Source of the DNA: Candidatus Spongiisociaceae bacterium
GTDB taxonomy: Bacteria; Actinomycetota; Acidimicrobiia; Spongiisociales; Spongiisociaceae
Assembly (NCBI GenBank): GCA_965202665.1
Contig: OZ241841.1
Span: forward strand, 1,184,001 to 1,248,000
DNA: 64,000 nt
Direction of reading: 5' to 3'
This document shows positions 50,600-61,552 of this stretch, piece after piece (position 1 is the first letter of the stretch; each line of letters begins with the position of its first letter). Position numbers and translations under genes: made by a program. A model generated the notes under the pieces. It searched no databases, had not been told where the DNA came from, and saw only the letters and a program-made list of their open reading frames with translations.

Positions 50600-52227
50600 C
50601 CGGCCAGTTCCAAACGGCGGTCCCGGGCCCGGTCTGCTTCGGAACGCAAAGCGGGATCCCCCCAGCCGCCCCCGCCGCCGGTTTTGACCAGGATTTTGGT
50701 TCCGGTTTCCACCCGCAGGCCGTTGGCTTTCAAAATTTTCTCCGGGGGGCGGCCCGGCCGGTTCACCCACACCTCCGGGGGGGCGCCGTCCCGCCCGCCG
50801 AACAAGCCCCAGGAGGGTTGCTCCGACCGCTCGAACCACAACTGCACCGTGCACGGGGCCAGCACCTCGTATTCCCGCACGATGCCCAAGCCGCCCCGCC
50901 AGCGGCCCTCCCCCCCGGAGCCGTTGCGCAGGCTGTGGGAGAGAAGCCGCAGGGGATAGCGGTGCTCCATGGTCTCAATCGGGAAGTTTTTGAAATCCCC
51001 CGCCGCCGAATGTATCAGGGCCGACTCCCCGTCCCCGCCCTCGTAGGCCCCCCATCCTCCGGTCAGCGACTCCCCGGACAGGAACATTCCGTTTTGGCCC
51101 TCCCCCACGAAAATGACGTTCCAGGAGTCCCCCACGTGCCCGGCGGCGCACCGTTCCGGGACGGCTTCGCTCAAAGCCCGGATCATCAGGTCCATGGCCA
51201 GCATCAGGTGCGGGCCGTAGTGCAGGCAGGGGGCGGTTTCGGACGGGTTGAAGCAGGTGCCCGCCGGGGCTATCACCTCCAAATTCCGGAAGTTGCCGCC
51301 CGACACCGGGGAATGGGGGTTGGTTAAAAATTTGAAAGCCTGTTCGACGGCGGAGCGGGTTTGGACGATGCCGCTGTTGGTGCTGCCCACGCACTGCGGG
51401 TTGGAGCCGGTCAGGTCCACCGTCATCCGATCGCCGGCGATGGAAACCGCCACTTGCACCCGCACCGGGCCTTCGGTCACCCCGTCGTTGTCCAACCGCC
51501 CGGCGGCGGTGTAGGTTCCGTCCGGAATGTCCGACACCGCTTGCCGATCCTCCCGTTCCGCCTGGGCGAAGACGGCTTCCACCGACTGCCTGACCTGCTC
51601 CCATCCAAACCGCTCCACTATGGACTGAAACCTTTCCACCCCGGTGCGGCAGGCGGAAATCTCGGCCATCAGATCCCCCACCAGGGCGGTGGGCAGCCGG
51701 GAGTTGAGGGCGATCAAGTCCAGAATCTGCTGGTCCAAAACGCCCGCCCGGATCAGGCAGGTGGGGCCGATGCGCAACCCTTCCTGGAAAATGTCCACCG
51801 TGTCCCCCACGTAGCCCGCTTCTTTCGCCCCGATGTCGTTCCAGTGGGCTTTGGCGGCTGAAAACCCCCGCAGGGCGCCGGCGGCGTGGATGGGGGCGAA
51901 CACGGTCACATCGTTCAAATGGCTGCCGCAGATGGTGGAATCGTTGACGATCCACACATCCCCCTCCTGGAAGGCCTCCCTCCCTTTGATGGCTATCACC
52001 GCCCGCAGGGTGCCGCCCAAACTGCCCAGGAAAAACGGCAAGCCGGGGGCCTGCCCCAGCAAACGGCCCTGCGCGTCGTAGATGCCCACCGAGCAGTCTT
52101 TCATTTCGTAGATGACCGGGCTGTGGGCGCTCCGGTAAAGGTTGCGGCGCATCTGTTCCGCCCCGGAAATGAAAGCGTGGCGCACCACTTCCACGGTGGC
52201 GGGCGACGGGGCGGCGGCCTCGGTCAT
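50596..52227 (-). CDS. Hydantoinase B / oxoprolinase family
   Basis: RSAHSPVIYEMKDCS, GSHLND, AHWNDIG, IFQEGLRI, GGEGRWRGG, TGGGGGWGDP. Confidence 0.93.
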   Translation of the reverse strand: MTEAAAPSPATVEVVRHAFISGAEQMRRNLYRSAHSPVIYEMKDCSVGIYDAQGRLLGQAPGLPFFLGSLGGTLRAVIAIKGREAFQEGDVWIVNDSTICGSHLNDVTVFAPIHAAGALRGFSAAKAHWNDIGAKEAGYVGDTVDIFQEGLRIGPTCLIRAGVLDQQILDLIALNSRLPTALVGDLMAEISACRTGVERFQSIVERFGWEQVRQSVEAVFAQAEREDRQAVSDIPDGTYTAAGRLDNDGVTEGPVRVQVAVSIAGDRMTVDLTGSNPQCVGSTNSGIVQTRSAVEQAFKFLTNPHSPVSGGNFRNLEVIAPAGTCFNPSETAPCLHYGPHLMLAMDLMIRALSEAVPERCAAGHVGDSWNVIFVGEGQNGMFLSGESLTGGWGAYEGGDGESALIHSAAGDFKNFPIETMEHRYPLRLLSHSLRNGSGGEGRWRGGLGIVREYEVLAPCTVQLWFERSEQPSWGLFGGRDGAPPEVWVNRPGRPPEKILKANGLRVETGTKILVKTGGGGGWGDPALRSEADRARDRRLELAG

Positions 52228-52230
52228 CGT

Positions 52231-54225
52231 TTACCCCGTTTTTTCCAAGATCATATGGCCGCCCCGGTCGGAGGCCCGCCAGCCGGGGGGTATGACGGTG
52301 GTGGTGGAAGGTTCTACCGCGATGGCCGGGCCGGGCAGGGAATCCCCCACCAGGGCCCGGGGAACCACCGGGGTGTCCATCGCTTGGCCGGCGAACGTCA
52401 CCCGCTCCCGGGTGATTTCCCCTTCTTCGACCCCTCCGGCCGGGCCGTCTTCCGCCCCCCGGTCGAATTCCATTACCGCCGTCAGCCGGATGGCCACCAG
52501 TTCGATGGGGGCCTGCGGGTTGGAATGGCCGTAGCGTTGCTGATAGCGGTCGTGGAAAGCGGCCCGCAGGGCGTCGTCGGCCGCCGAACCGGGCAGGGGG
52601 ACCGGCAGGGAATACTCCTGGCCGACGTAACGCAGTTCCACGTTGACTTCGAACCGCATCCGTTTTTGCGCCTCTTCGTCCGCCCGCATTTCCCGGCAGG
52701 CCCTGTCCCGCAACAAGGCGATCGGCTCGGACAGGTCCAGTTGCGGGGCGTCCAACCGGCGGTAGAAGGTGAGCACCACATCGTGGCGGATGTCGCCCTG
52801 CAACATGCCCCAGGCGGAAAAAACCCCCGGGTCGGCGGGCACGATCACCCGCTCCACTTCCAACTCTTCGGCCAGAAAAGCGGCGTGCAACGGCCCCGCT
52901 CCCCCGAAGGCGGCGATGGTGAAATCTTTCGGATGCAGGCCCCGCTCCACCGTCAACTCCCGGATGGCTTCCGCCATGACGAAATGGGTGACATCCAAAG
53001 CCTGTTCGGCCAGTTCCTCCGCTGAAATGCGGAAAGCGGAGGCCACCGACTGCAGGGCCCGCCGGGCGGCCTCCAAATCCAGGGCCAGCGACCCGGCCAG
53101 TTTGCGGGAAGCGGGCAACCGCCCCAACACCGCGTTGGCGTCGGAGACGGTGGGCCGGGTTCCCCCCCGGCCGTAGCAGGCCGGGCCCGGAACCGACCCG
53201 GCCGAAGACGGCCCCACCCGCAAGCCGCCGTTCCGCTCGTAGATGAGGCTGCCGCCCCCCGCCCCGATGCTGACCAGTTCCACCGCCGGGGCCAGCACCG
53301 GCAAACCCTGCAGTTCAAATTCGGACTGCATGCCGACCCGCCCGTCCCGCACCAGGCTCACATCGAAGGAGGTGCCGCCCATGTCGATGCAAATCAGGTT
53401 GGGATGGCCGGCCCGCCGTCCCGCCTCCCGGCTGCCGATCACCCCGCCCACCGGCCCCGAATACATGGTGAGGATGGCCCGGTCAGCGGCCCGGTCGGCG
53501 GTCATCGCCCCCCCGTTGGAGCCGGTGATGAGCAGAGGCGAAGACAGGCCCCGTTCGGCCAGGGAAGCCGACAACCGTTGCAGGTAGTGGCGCACTTTGG
53601 GGGTGATGTAGACGGAGGTGACGGTGGTGGAAGTCCGCTCGTATTCCCGCCATTCGGGGGCGATTTCGTGGCTGAGGGCGATGGGAACGCCGGGGAGCAT
53701 TTCCCGCAGGCGGTCCCGCACTTCCAGTTCGTGCAACGGGTCCACGTAGGAGTGGATGAGGCATACCGCCACCGCCTCGTAATCCCCTTCGGCGATGGCT
53801 TTGCCGGCCATTTCCACCGAATTCGGATCCAGGGGGCTGATCACCTCCCCGGAGGCGGAAAGCCGCTCGTCCACCTCGAAGATGGCGTCCCGTTCCAAAA
53901 GGGGGACGGGTTTGCGGTAGCGCAGGTCGTACATTTCCGCCCGGTGCCCCCGGCCGATCAGATAGGCGTCCCGGTAGCCGCGGGTGGTGACCAGGGCCAC
54001 CCGTCCCCCGGAACGTTCCAGGAAAGCGTTGAGGCCGACGGTGGTGCCGTGAATGAACACGTCCACTTCCGGCAGGGACACCTCCGCCCGCTTCAAAACG
54101 TCTAACACGCCCCGCACCAAATCGTCGGGGGTGGACAGGGCTTTGGCGATAACCGAGCCCCGCCCGGTTTCCAAAACCAGATCCGTGAAAGTTCCACCGA
54201 TGTCGATGGCGACCCGAGCGCCCAT
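52231..54225 (-). CDS. Hydantoinase A / oxoprolinase family
   Basis: IDIGGTFTD, HGTTV, EYERTST, SGPVGG, DMGGTSFD, IGAGGGS, PGPACYGRGG. Confidence 0.93.
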   Translation of the reverse strand: MGARVAIDIGGTFTDLVLETGRGSVIAKALSTPDDLVRGVLDVLKRAEVSLPEVDVFIHGTTVGLNAFLERSGGRVALVTTRGYRDAYLIGRGHRAEMYDLRYRKPVPLLERDAIFEVDERLSASGEVISPLDPNSVEMAGKAIAEGDYEAVAVCLIHSYVDPLHELEVRDRLREMLPGVPIALSHEIAPEWREYERTSTTVTSVYITPKVRHYLQRLSASLAERGLSSPLLITGSNGGAMTADRAADRAILTMYSGPVGGVIGSREAGRRAGHPNLICIDMGGTSFDVSLVRDGRVGMQSEFELQGLPVLAPAVELVSIGAGGGSLIYERNGGLRVGPSSAGSVPGPACYGRGGTRPTVSDANAVLGRLPASRKLAGSLALDLEAARRALQSVASAFRISAEELAEQALDVTHFVMAEAIRELTVERGLHPKDFTIAAFGGAGPLHAAFLAEELEVERVIVPADPGVFSAWGMLQGDIRHDVVLTFYRRLDAPQLDLSEPIALLRDRACREMRADEEAQKRMRFEVNVELRYVGQEYSLPVPLPGSAADDALRAAFHDRYQQRYGHSNPQAPIELVAIRLTAVMEFDRGAEDGPAGGVEEGEITRERVTFAGQAMDTPVVPRALVGDSLPGPAIAVEPSTTTVIPPGWRASDRGGHMILEKTG

Positions 54226-54383
54226 GCCCGTCCTTTGCTCCCGTTTTCTTCCCGTCGGTTGCGCGTAGTAGCGTAAATCCTAGCCGGACGGCAGGCGCCG
54301 GGGCGGGCAACCCGGTTTGTGCGTCCGCGCCCGCAAAGCCCAACCAGCGGATTGGCAACGGCCCCCTTAAATTGTTGACCTGA

Positions 54384-54767
54384 TCAGTCCAAACCAATTA
54401 GCGTGGCTTCCATAGATTCGTACGCTTTGTCCCGTTCGGTCAGCACCTCTCGATCCGTAGGCGGCACGCCCTTTTCCAACAGACCGCGGATCACTTGCCG
54501 CTTGTTCCGGATGATGCCGGTAATAGTCGAGTCGCAATGGCGGAAATACGTCCGAGCTTGCGGATAGTCGGAGGCCAGACGATGAACGAACCGGGTACCC
54601 CGTCGCTCCCAAACGATGGGTGCTCCAGATGCCCGGGCCCGGCGGAACCAGCCGTTCAAAGTACCTCGCGATACCTGGAAGCGCTTCCTCAGATCCTGCT
54701 TGGTTGCCTCCGCGCCTCCCAACATAAAGTCCAGGAAGCGAACATAACCGCTACTGTCATTTCTCAT
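54384..54767 (-). CDS. Hypothetical protein, possible winged HTH
   Basis: TKQDLRKRFQVSRGTLNGWFRRAR followed by a beta-hairpin-like segment; 2 bp from the upstream gene. Confidence 0.55.
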   Translation of the reverse strand: MRNDSSGYVRFLDFMLGGAEATKQDLRKRFQVSRGTLNGWFRRARASGAPIVWERRGTRFVHRLASDYPQARTYFRHCDSTITGIIRNKRQVIRGLLEKGVPPTDREVLTERDKAYESMEATLIGLD

Positions 54768-54769
54768 AT

Positions 54770-55528
54770 TCAGTTCCCTTCTGTAAGAGAACCGATAAGA
54801 GCGTCCACATCAGTAGAAACTCCCTCAATTGCCATATCCAGCGCATCCATCGCTTGACGCAAGCCAGACTGGAACTCCCGCAGCTTCTCCAACTGCTCAT
54901 CCGTAAACCGGTGGTCTTTATTCAAGTCCGCCACCGCGTCCCGGATAATCTTCGCCGCGACATACAAATCTCCGATAGCCGCCGGGAACTCCAACCCAGT
55001 CGGCTCATCATCAGGTATCGAACCCCGCCGTATGACCCTCTCGACCGCCTTGCGCCGCTCAGCCGCCTTCAAAGCCACAGCCGCCGCGTCGAAGGTTTCA
55101 GCAGGCTCGCCGGCCTGGAGATGCGTTTCACGCTCCAACTCAATCTCGGCTTTGATGTCGTCAGCGGCCATCCGCCAACCTGAGTCCTGCGACATCGACC
55201 CCAATGCCCGGTTCTCGATCTTCGCCAAAGCCTGAAAAGCTTCACCCCGGTCAGCGCTCATATGCGCCAACCGACGAGCATCCGTGAGACTTATTTCGAT
55301 GGACCGGTCCATCAAAATTTCCCAAGCGCGGGCATCAGACCTAATCGTGCTTCCGTCCACACCCGTCTGCCGGCCGTACTCAGCGTAGGACAGACGCTGG
55401 GGGTTGTCCTCATTCCGAGTCCAGTGCCAGCGCAACTCGGCCAAGCTCTTACCTGCCTGGGCTTCCGCCCCTCGCAGGTTCCTGTCTTCTTCCACCACCC
55501 TGCGGGGCAGAGACTGGCTAGTAGACAT
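54770..55528 (-). CDS. Hypothetical helical protein with a possible HTH
   Basis: AAGGAG RBS; SYAEYGRQTGVDGSTIRSDARAW; lower GC than the flanks. Confidence 0.6.
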   Translation of the reverse strand: MSTSQSLPRRVVEEDRNLRGAEAQAGKSLAELRWHWTRNEDNPQRLSYAEYGRQTGVDGSTIRSDARAWEILMDRSIEISLTDARRLAHMSADRGEAFQALAKIENRALGSMSQDSGWRMAADDIKAEIELERETHLQAGEPAETFDAAAVALKAAERRKAVERVIRRGSIPDDEPTGLEFPAAIGDLYVAAKIIRDAVADLNKDHRFTDEQLEKLREFQSGLRQAMDALDMAIEGVSTDVDALIGSLTEGN

Positions 55529-55869
55529 AGCATTGGCTCCTTTCGGTTCGTTTGATGCCCATTAGGCGGCCGGTATGCCTGTTGCCGCCCGCGGGGCCGT
55601 AGCCCGGTGCGGGCAAGTCGGGTTCGCAACGGGTATCTTACCAAGGAATCTAGTAAACATATTGGCCGAGGTGCTTGCGCTGCTCCAGAGGAGCGGTTGC
55701 CAGCCATCTTTGCGTGTACGGCGACAGGCCGCAGGAACCTCCGGGAGGGTGCTTTTGCCTCACGACTGTCCCGTCCGACTCCGAAACGGCCCTGCGGGCG
55801 GGCGGCGGCCGGGGGCGCTGTCCTGGGCTGGAAGCCGAACAAGAGCCGGGAACCCAACACGAAGAGCCT

Positions 55870-57012
55870 TTAGAAACGGTGGGGGCTGAAAGGTTCCAGG
55901 TCCCGGTCGGGGGGGAGATCCAGGGCCAGGCGGGCCAGGGTGCGTCCCAACAGGGGGCCGGCGGTTAGGCCCATGTGGGGGTAGGTTCCCACCAACAATC
56001 CGGGGGGGCCGGGGGTTCCTATTATCGGGCGCAGGTCGGGGGTGGTCAGGCCCACTCCCGCCCAGGACCGGTAGACGCGCGCTCCGGCCAGGGAAGGGAC
56101 TGCTTGCAGGGCGGCCCGGGTGTTGGAAATCAGGGAAGCGGGATTCACTTTGGGGAGGCCGGTGGCCGGGTCCACGTCGGCACGCCACCCGCCTCCTATC
56201 AGGATGGAGCCGGCGGCGGCCTGTTTCAAGGTCAACTTGTCGTCGGCGAAGTAGATCAAATGTTTGATTAGCGGGGCCAGCGGTTCGGTGGCGGCCAGCT
56301 GGGCCGGTTCGTCGGCTATGGGCAGTTCCCTCCCCCACAGGTGGGAGAAGCGGTTCAGTTGGTTGCCGCAGGCCAGGATAACTTTGCGGGCGGCGGTTCG
56401 CCCGCGGGCGGTGCGGACTTGAAAAACCCCGGCGGATTCTTCGATGCCCAAAACCGGGGCGTTGGTTTTCACCACCGCTCCCCGGCGGCGGGCGGCCCGG
56501 GCGAAAGCGGGGGCGGCCAGCAACGAGTTGGCTTTGCCTTCCACCCGGCACAGCTGCCCCCCCGCCAGCGACGGGGACAGGCAGGGGGCCAGCCGGCGCA
56601 GATCGTCCCCGGACAGCATCTCCGACTCCACCCCGGCGCTCCTTTCCAACTCCGTTTTGCGTTCGATCAGGGGCAAATGCCGGGGGTCGTCGGCCACCAG
56701 CAGGCCGCCGTTCAAAGACACTTCCAAGTCGGCCTGCAACTCTTCATCCAGCGTTTTCCACATGGGCAGGGAGTCGGACAGGAAACGGAGGGCGGGCAGG
56801 AAACTCTTCCCCCACTCTTCGCCCAGTTCCTGAAAAGAAGGGTATTGGATCTGGCCGTGCAGGCTGCCCGCGTTGCGGCCCGAAGCCAGCGTGTTCAGGT
56901 CGTGTTCTTCCAGCAGGAGCGCCTGCGCCCCCAGCCCGGCCAGGTGCCAGGCGGCCGCGCAACCGGTGATCCCCCCTCCCACCACCAGCACATCGCAGTC
57001 GGCGGATCCCAT
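55870..57012 (-). CDS. FAD-dependent oxidoreductase (DAO / glycine-sarcosine oxidase family)
   Basis: VVGGGITG, ASGRNAG, RSWAG...TPD.RPIIG, GLTAGP..G. Confidence 0.9.
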   Translation of the reverse strand: MGSADCDVLVVGGGITGCAAAWHLAGLGAQALLLEEHDLNTLASGRNAGSLHGQIQYPSFQELGEEWGKSFLPALRFLSDSLPMWKTLDEELQADLEVSLNGGLLVADDPRHLPLIERKTELERSAGVESEMLSGDDLRRLAPCLSPSLAGGQLCRVEGKANSLLAAPAFARAARRRGAVVKTNAPVLGIEESAGVFQVRTARGRTAARKVILACGNQLNRFSHLWGRELPIADEPAQLAATEPLAPLIKHLIYFADDKLTLKQAAAGSILIGGGWRADVDPATGLPKVNPASLISNTRAALQAVPSLAGARVYRSWAGVGLTTPDLRPIIGTPGPPGLLVGTYPHMGLTAGPLLGRTLARLALDLPPDRDLEPFSPHRF

Positions 57013-57019
57013 CCGGCCG

Positions 57020-57775
57020 TCAAGCCTCCCCCAGGGAACGGAAGGCGGACAGCTCCTGCGCGGTGGGCGGCTCCAGTTCGACCAGGCGGGGGGAAACCCG
57101 CAACGGCCACCGGGTACGCTCCCGCGCCTGCGCCGCCGTCGCCCCCGGATGGACGGCGGTCAAAGTCAACTCCCGCTCCTCCCCCGTCCCGGTCGGTTGC
57201 AGAATCCCCAGGTCGGTGATGACCGTCTGCGGTCCGGCGCCGGTCAGGCCCAGTTCGGCCCGCTCCCCGGGGGTGCGTCCGAAACCCACCGAAGTTACGA
57301 AATCCACTTCGGGGACGAAAGCCCGGGGTTGATGGCGCATAATCACCGTGATTTCCCGGCAGAAACCGGCGATTTCGGGAGCTCCCCCCGCTCCGGGCAA
57401 CCGCACCGTCGGGGAATGGTAGTCGCCGATGACGGTGGTGTTCAGGTTGCCCCATCGGTCAATCTGGGCGGCGGCCAAGTATCCGACGTCGATGCGGCCC
57501 CCCTGCACCCAGTAGTTGAACATTTCCGGAACCGGCACCACCGCCGCCGCCGTCTCCGCCAACTCGCCGTCGCCGATGGACAGGGGCAGCCGGTCGGGAC
57601 GGGAGCCGATGGTTCCCGACTCGTAAACCAGCGTCAGGCCGGGGGCGTGGGTGAGGCGGGCCAGGTTCACCACCCGCCCTGGCCGCCCGATGCCCACGAA
57701 ACAGGACATCCCGTCTCGCAAGCGCCGGGCTCCGGCCACGGCCATCATCTCCTCCGGCGTCCAGTCCCGGCTCAC
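57020..57775 (-). CDS. CoA-transferase subunit B (glutaconate / 3-oxoadipate type)
   Basis: CFVGIG.P, LVYESG, AQIDRWGNLNTT, RLPGAGGAPEI; GTG start at 57775. Confidence 0.88.
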   Translation of the reverse strand: MSRDWTPEEMMAVAGARRLRDGMSCFVGIGRPGRVVNLARLTHAPGLTLVYESGTIGSRPDRLPLSIGDGELAETAAAVVPVPEMFNYWVQGGRIDVGYLAAAQIDRWGNLNTTVIGDYHSPTVRLPGAGGAPEIAGFCREITVIMRHQPRAFVPEVDFVTSVGFGRTPGERAELGLTGAGPQTVITDLGILQPTGTGEERELTLTAVHPGATAAQARERTRWPLRVSPRLVELEPPTAQELSAFRSLGEA

Positions 57776-58581
57776 GCCGCCTCCAGCACGTTCTCCTCCA
57801 ACCAGCGGGTGAAAGTTTCCCGCTCCCGGCTTATTTCCGCCCATCGCCGATAGGCGGCGTTGTCCCGCTGGTAGAAACCGTGGGCGTAGGAGGGACGGGC
57901 CCCGCCAGGAACCAGGCACACCGCGCTGACCGCCATAGCGGGCAGGTAAACGTCGCCGGGGCGGCAGTCGAACTCGTCCACCACCTCCTCCACGGTCACG
58001 ATGGAACGGCGGGAAGCCAAAACCGCTTCTTTCTGAACCCCGGAAATGCCCCACAGCTGGATGTTGCCCTCCCGGTCGGCCCGCTGGGCGTGCACAATTC
58101 CCACATCCGGGTTGAGGGCCGCCACCGCCGCCACCGCCGTTCCGGTGAACGGGCAGTCCAGCAGAGCCACGTTTTCGGTCACAGCGGGGAGGGAAGTGCC
58201 CGCATAGCCTTTCATCACCGCAAAAGGGAGGCGGGAGGCCCCCGCCGCGTAGCGGTTGGCCATCCCGGCGTGGCTGTGCTCCTCCAGCTGCAAAGGGCGG
58301 GGCCAGCCGTTTTCCACCGCGTCCCGCAAACGCAACAGCGGCCCCACGCCCGGGTTGCCTCCCCAGGAGAACACCAGTTTGCGGGCGCACCCGGCCCCGA
58401 TCAGCTGGTCGTAGATCAGGTCGGGGGTCATGCGGGCCAAAGTCAGATCCCGGCGGCCTTGGCGGATGATCTCGTGGCCGGCCGCGAAAGGAATCAGGTG
58501 GGTGAAGCCTTCCGCGGCCACCAAATCCCCGTCCCGTACATAGCGGGCCACCGCCTCGGACAGGCTCAGATGTTCGGCCAA
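57772..58581 (-). CDS. CoA-transferase subunit A (glutaconate / 3-oxoadipate type)
   Basis: EGFTHLIPFAAGHEIIRQ, RMTPDLIYDQLIG, FSWGGNPGVG, HAQRADREGN. Confidence 0.9.
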   Translation of the reverse strand: MAEHLSLSEAVARYVRDGDLVAAEGFTHLIPFAAGHEIIRQGRRDLTLARMTPDLIYDQLIGAGCARKLVFSWGGNPGVGPLLRLRDAVENGWPRPLQLEEHSHAGMANRYAAGASRLPFAVMKGYAGTSLPAVTENVALLDCPFTGTAVAAVAALNPDVGIVHAQRADREGNIQLWGISGVQKEAVLASRRSIVTVEEVVDEFDCRPGDVYLPAMAVSAVCLVPGGARPSYAHGFYQRDNAAYRRWAEISRERETFTRWLEENVLEAA

Positions 58582-58628
58582 ACTTCCCCTTTCGCAACTC
58601 TCAGATTACCCGCCGGGAAGGATCGGGT

Positions 58629-59399
<771 letters not shown>

Positions 59400-59445
59400 G
59401 TCGGCGCTCCTTGGTCGCGGGCGGAAAGGGACGGGCGGGGGGAAA

Positions 59446-61551
59446 TCATCGTTCCCCCAGCCCCACGTTGCGTTCGTAACGCCTGCTCATCTTGGAGAAG
59501 GCGTAGGTGAAAATCCAGTAGAAGAGGGCCATGAAAAACATCATCTGCGTGATGGTGCCCTGGAAACTGGGGTTGCTCTGCTGGGGGATGGCGGAGCGGG
59601 CGATGAGCAACACGTCGGTCAGGCCGATGATGGCCACCAGGGAAGTGTCTTTGAAAGACACGATGATGTGGCTGACCAGGGCGGGGATGACGGTGCGGAT
59701 GGCCTGCGGCAAGATGACCAGCGAAGTGGACTGGACGGTGGACAAACCCACCGCCTGCGCCGCCTCGTACTGGCCTTTGCCCACCGCCTGCAACCCTCCT
59801 TGGATGTTTACCGCCACATAGGCCGAGCTGAAAATGGCCAAAGCCCCGATCACCCCCACCAACTCGTCGAACTCCACCCCTTGGGGGAGGAAAGCCACCA
59901 GCATGGACGCCCCGAAGAACAGCCAGGTGATGAGGGGGACGCTGCGCACCAGTTCGATGTAGCCGGTGCAAACCAACCGGAAAATGGACAGGGAAGAGTT
60001 GCGGCCCAAAGCCAGCAACACCCCGAGGGGGAAAGACAGGGCGATGCCGGTGATGGTGAGCAAAATGGTCAGGTTGAACCCGCCCAGGAAAGTGGTGCTC
60101 TGATACTCCAAACCGGTTTCGGCCACCCCCAGCCGGAAGGAGACCACCAGCAGGGCGGCCACTATCGCCCATCCGACCGTCAGGTTGCGCCGCCCGGCCG
60201 GGGTTCCCCCGAAGGTGGGGGCCCCCAAGACCAGCAGGGCGAAGGCGGTCACCAGCGCCCGGTAGAGGAAAGGCATGGGCAGGGCCCACACCGCGGCCGC
60301 CGCCAAAGCCAGGCAGGTTCCGACCACCCGCACCGCCTCCACCCGGTCGGCCACCCGCCACACCCCCAGCATCATCACCGTCGTCAGCGCCGCCGCCAAC
60401 AGCACATCGGTGAGACCCCCCAGGGGCAGAAGGGCCGCCAGCCAAGCGGGAGGGTCGCCGATGAGCAAAGCCCCGCCCACCAGGCAAAACCCGATCCCCC
60501 AGGCCGCCGCCCCCACTTCCTTTTTGGAGCGGGGAAGGGACACGATCCACAGGGCCGCCCCGCCCAGGAGGCCGAAGACGAGCAACGTCCCCAGGTCGGA
60601 GGCGAAGAAAGAAACCTGCCCGAAACCCAAAATGTCCGCCCACTCCAACACCGGCTTGCGCTGGATGACCATCACGATCACCGGGTAGGAGAAAATCCAG
60701 GCGATGCGCAGAAAGCGCCGCATGCCTACCGGAAAACGGTTCTGCAAGGGGACGGCCAAAAGGTAGGCGGCGATGGTCACCGCGAACAGGATGGTCCATG
60801 GGCGGGCGGTGGTGGCGGCGATGCGGGCGGTGGTTTCGTCGAACTGGCCGTCCACCACCGGCAGGCGGGCGGTCCACAACACAATGGCGATGACGGCCAT
60901 GGCCGCCGCGGGCAGGAGCAGGACGGGAAAGGCGGGCTCGGATTCCCCGCCGCTCAGCCGGGAAGCCTCCCGCACCCGGCGCCCCCACAGATGGGCCGCG
61001 GCCGCCGCGGCGGCCGCCGCCAGGAAAATCCACAGCCGGGCCCCGCCCCAGTCGGCCGGGTTGTCCACCTGCAACAGGGGCGGCCCCCACACCCGGGCCT
61101 CGGCCCCGTGATGCATGACGGCCATCACCGCCAAGATGGCCCCGGCGGAGCGGAGCATGGACAGCAACCTGCCCAAAGGCATGCTCCCCCCCACCTCCCA
61201 GGAACGGAGCGACCAGGCGGCCAGCACGGCCACGATGCCGATGGAAGTCCAAATGCGGATCATGTCGTCCCCGGGGAAAGCCTGCACCATCAGCAACTTC
61301 ATGTTGTAGGTGACCGCCGACCATTTGCGGGCCGGGTCGAAGGTGTAGGTGGTGACGAACCGAAGCAGGTTCAGCCCGATGAGCAGAAAAGCAAGGGTCA
61401 GTAAGCCGTTGCCGGCGATCTTGGGCCAAGTTTCCCCGGAAAACAGGTTCTCCCGCATCCACCGCCACGGCCCGGCGGGCGGCGGCTCCGGGGGCGGGGC
61501 CGAAGAAGGCGGCTCTAAGAACACCCGGCCGGGGCGGCGTTCCTCGTCCAT
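59446..61551 (-). CDS. Amino-acid ABC permease (AapM-like, extended N-terminus)
   Basis: [42 protein letters not shown]. Confidence 0.9.
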   Translation of the reverse strand: MDEERRPGRVFLEPPSSAPPPEPPPAGPWRWMRENLFSGETWPKIAGNGLLTLAFLLIGLNLLRFVTTYTFDPARKWSAVTYNMKLLMVQAFPGDDMIRIWTSIGIVAVLAAWSLRSWEVGGSMPLGRLLSMLRSAGAILAVMAVMHHGAEARVWGPPLLQVDNPADWGGARLWIFLAAAAAAAAAHLWGRRVREASRLSGGESEPAFPVLLLPAAAMAVIAIVLWTARLPVVDGQFDETTARIAATTARPWTILFAVTIAAYLLAVPLQNRFPVGMRRFLRIAWIFSYPVIVMVIQRKPVLEWADILGFGQVSFFASDLGTLLVFGLLGGAALWIVSLPRSKKEVGAAAWGIGFCLVGGALLIGDPPAWLAALLPLGGLTDVLLAAALTTVMMLGVWRVADRVEAVRVVGTCLALAAAAVWALPMPFLYRALVTAFALLVLGAPTFGGTPAGRRNLTVGWAIVAALLVVSFRLGVAETGLEYQSTTFLGGFNLTILLTITGIALSFPLGVLLALGRNSSLSIFRLVCTGYIELVRSVPLITWLFFGASMLVAFLPQGVEFDELVGVIGALAIFSSAYVAVNIQGGLQAVGKGQYEAAQAVGLSTVQSTSLVILPQAIRTVIPALVSHIIVSFKDTSLVAIIGLTDVLLIARSAIPQQSNPSFQGTITQMMFFMALFYWIFTYAFSKMSRRYERNVGLGER

Positions 61552-61552
61552 C

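Noticed and set aside
55540-55860. Structured ncRNA or riboswitch
   Set aside because: Only short GC-rich hairpins and no recognisable family motif; a covariance search would be needed.
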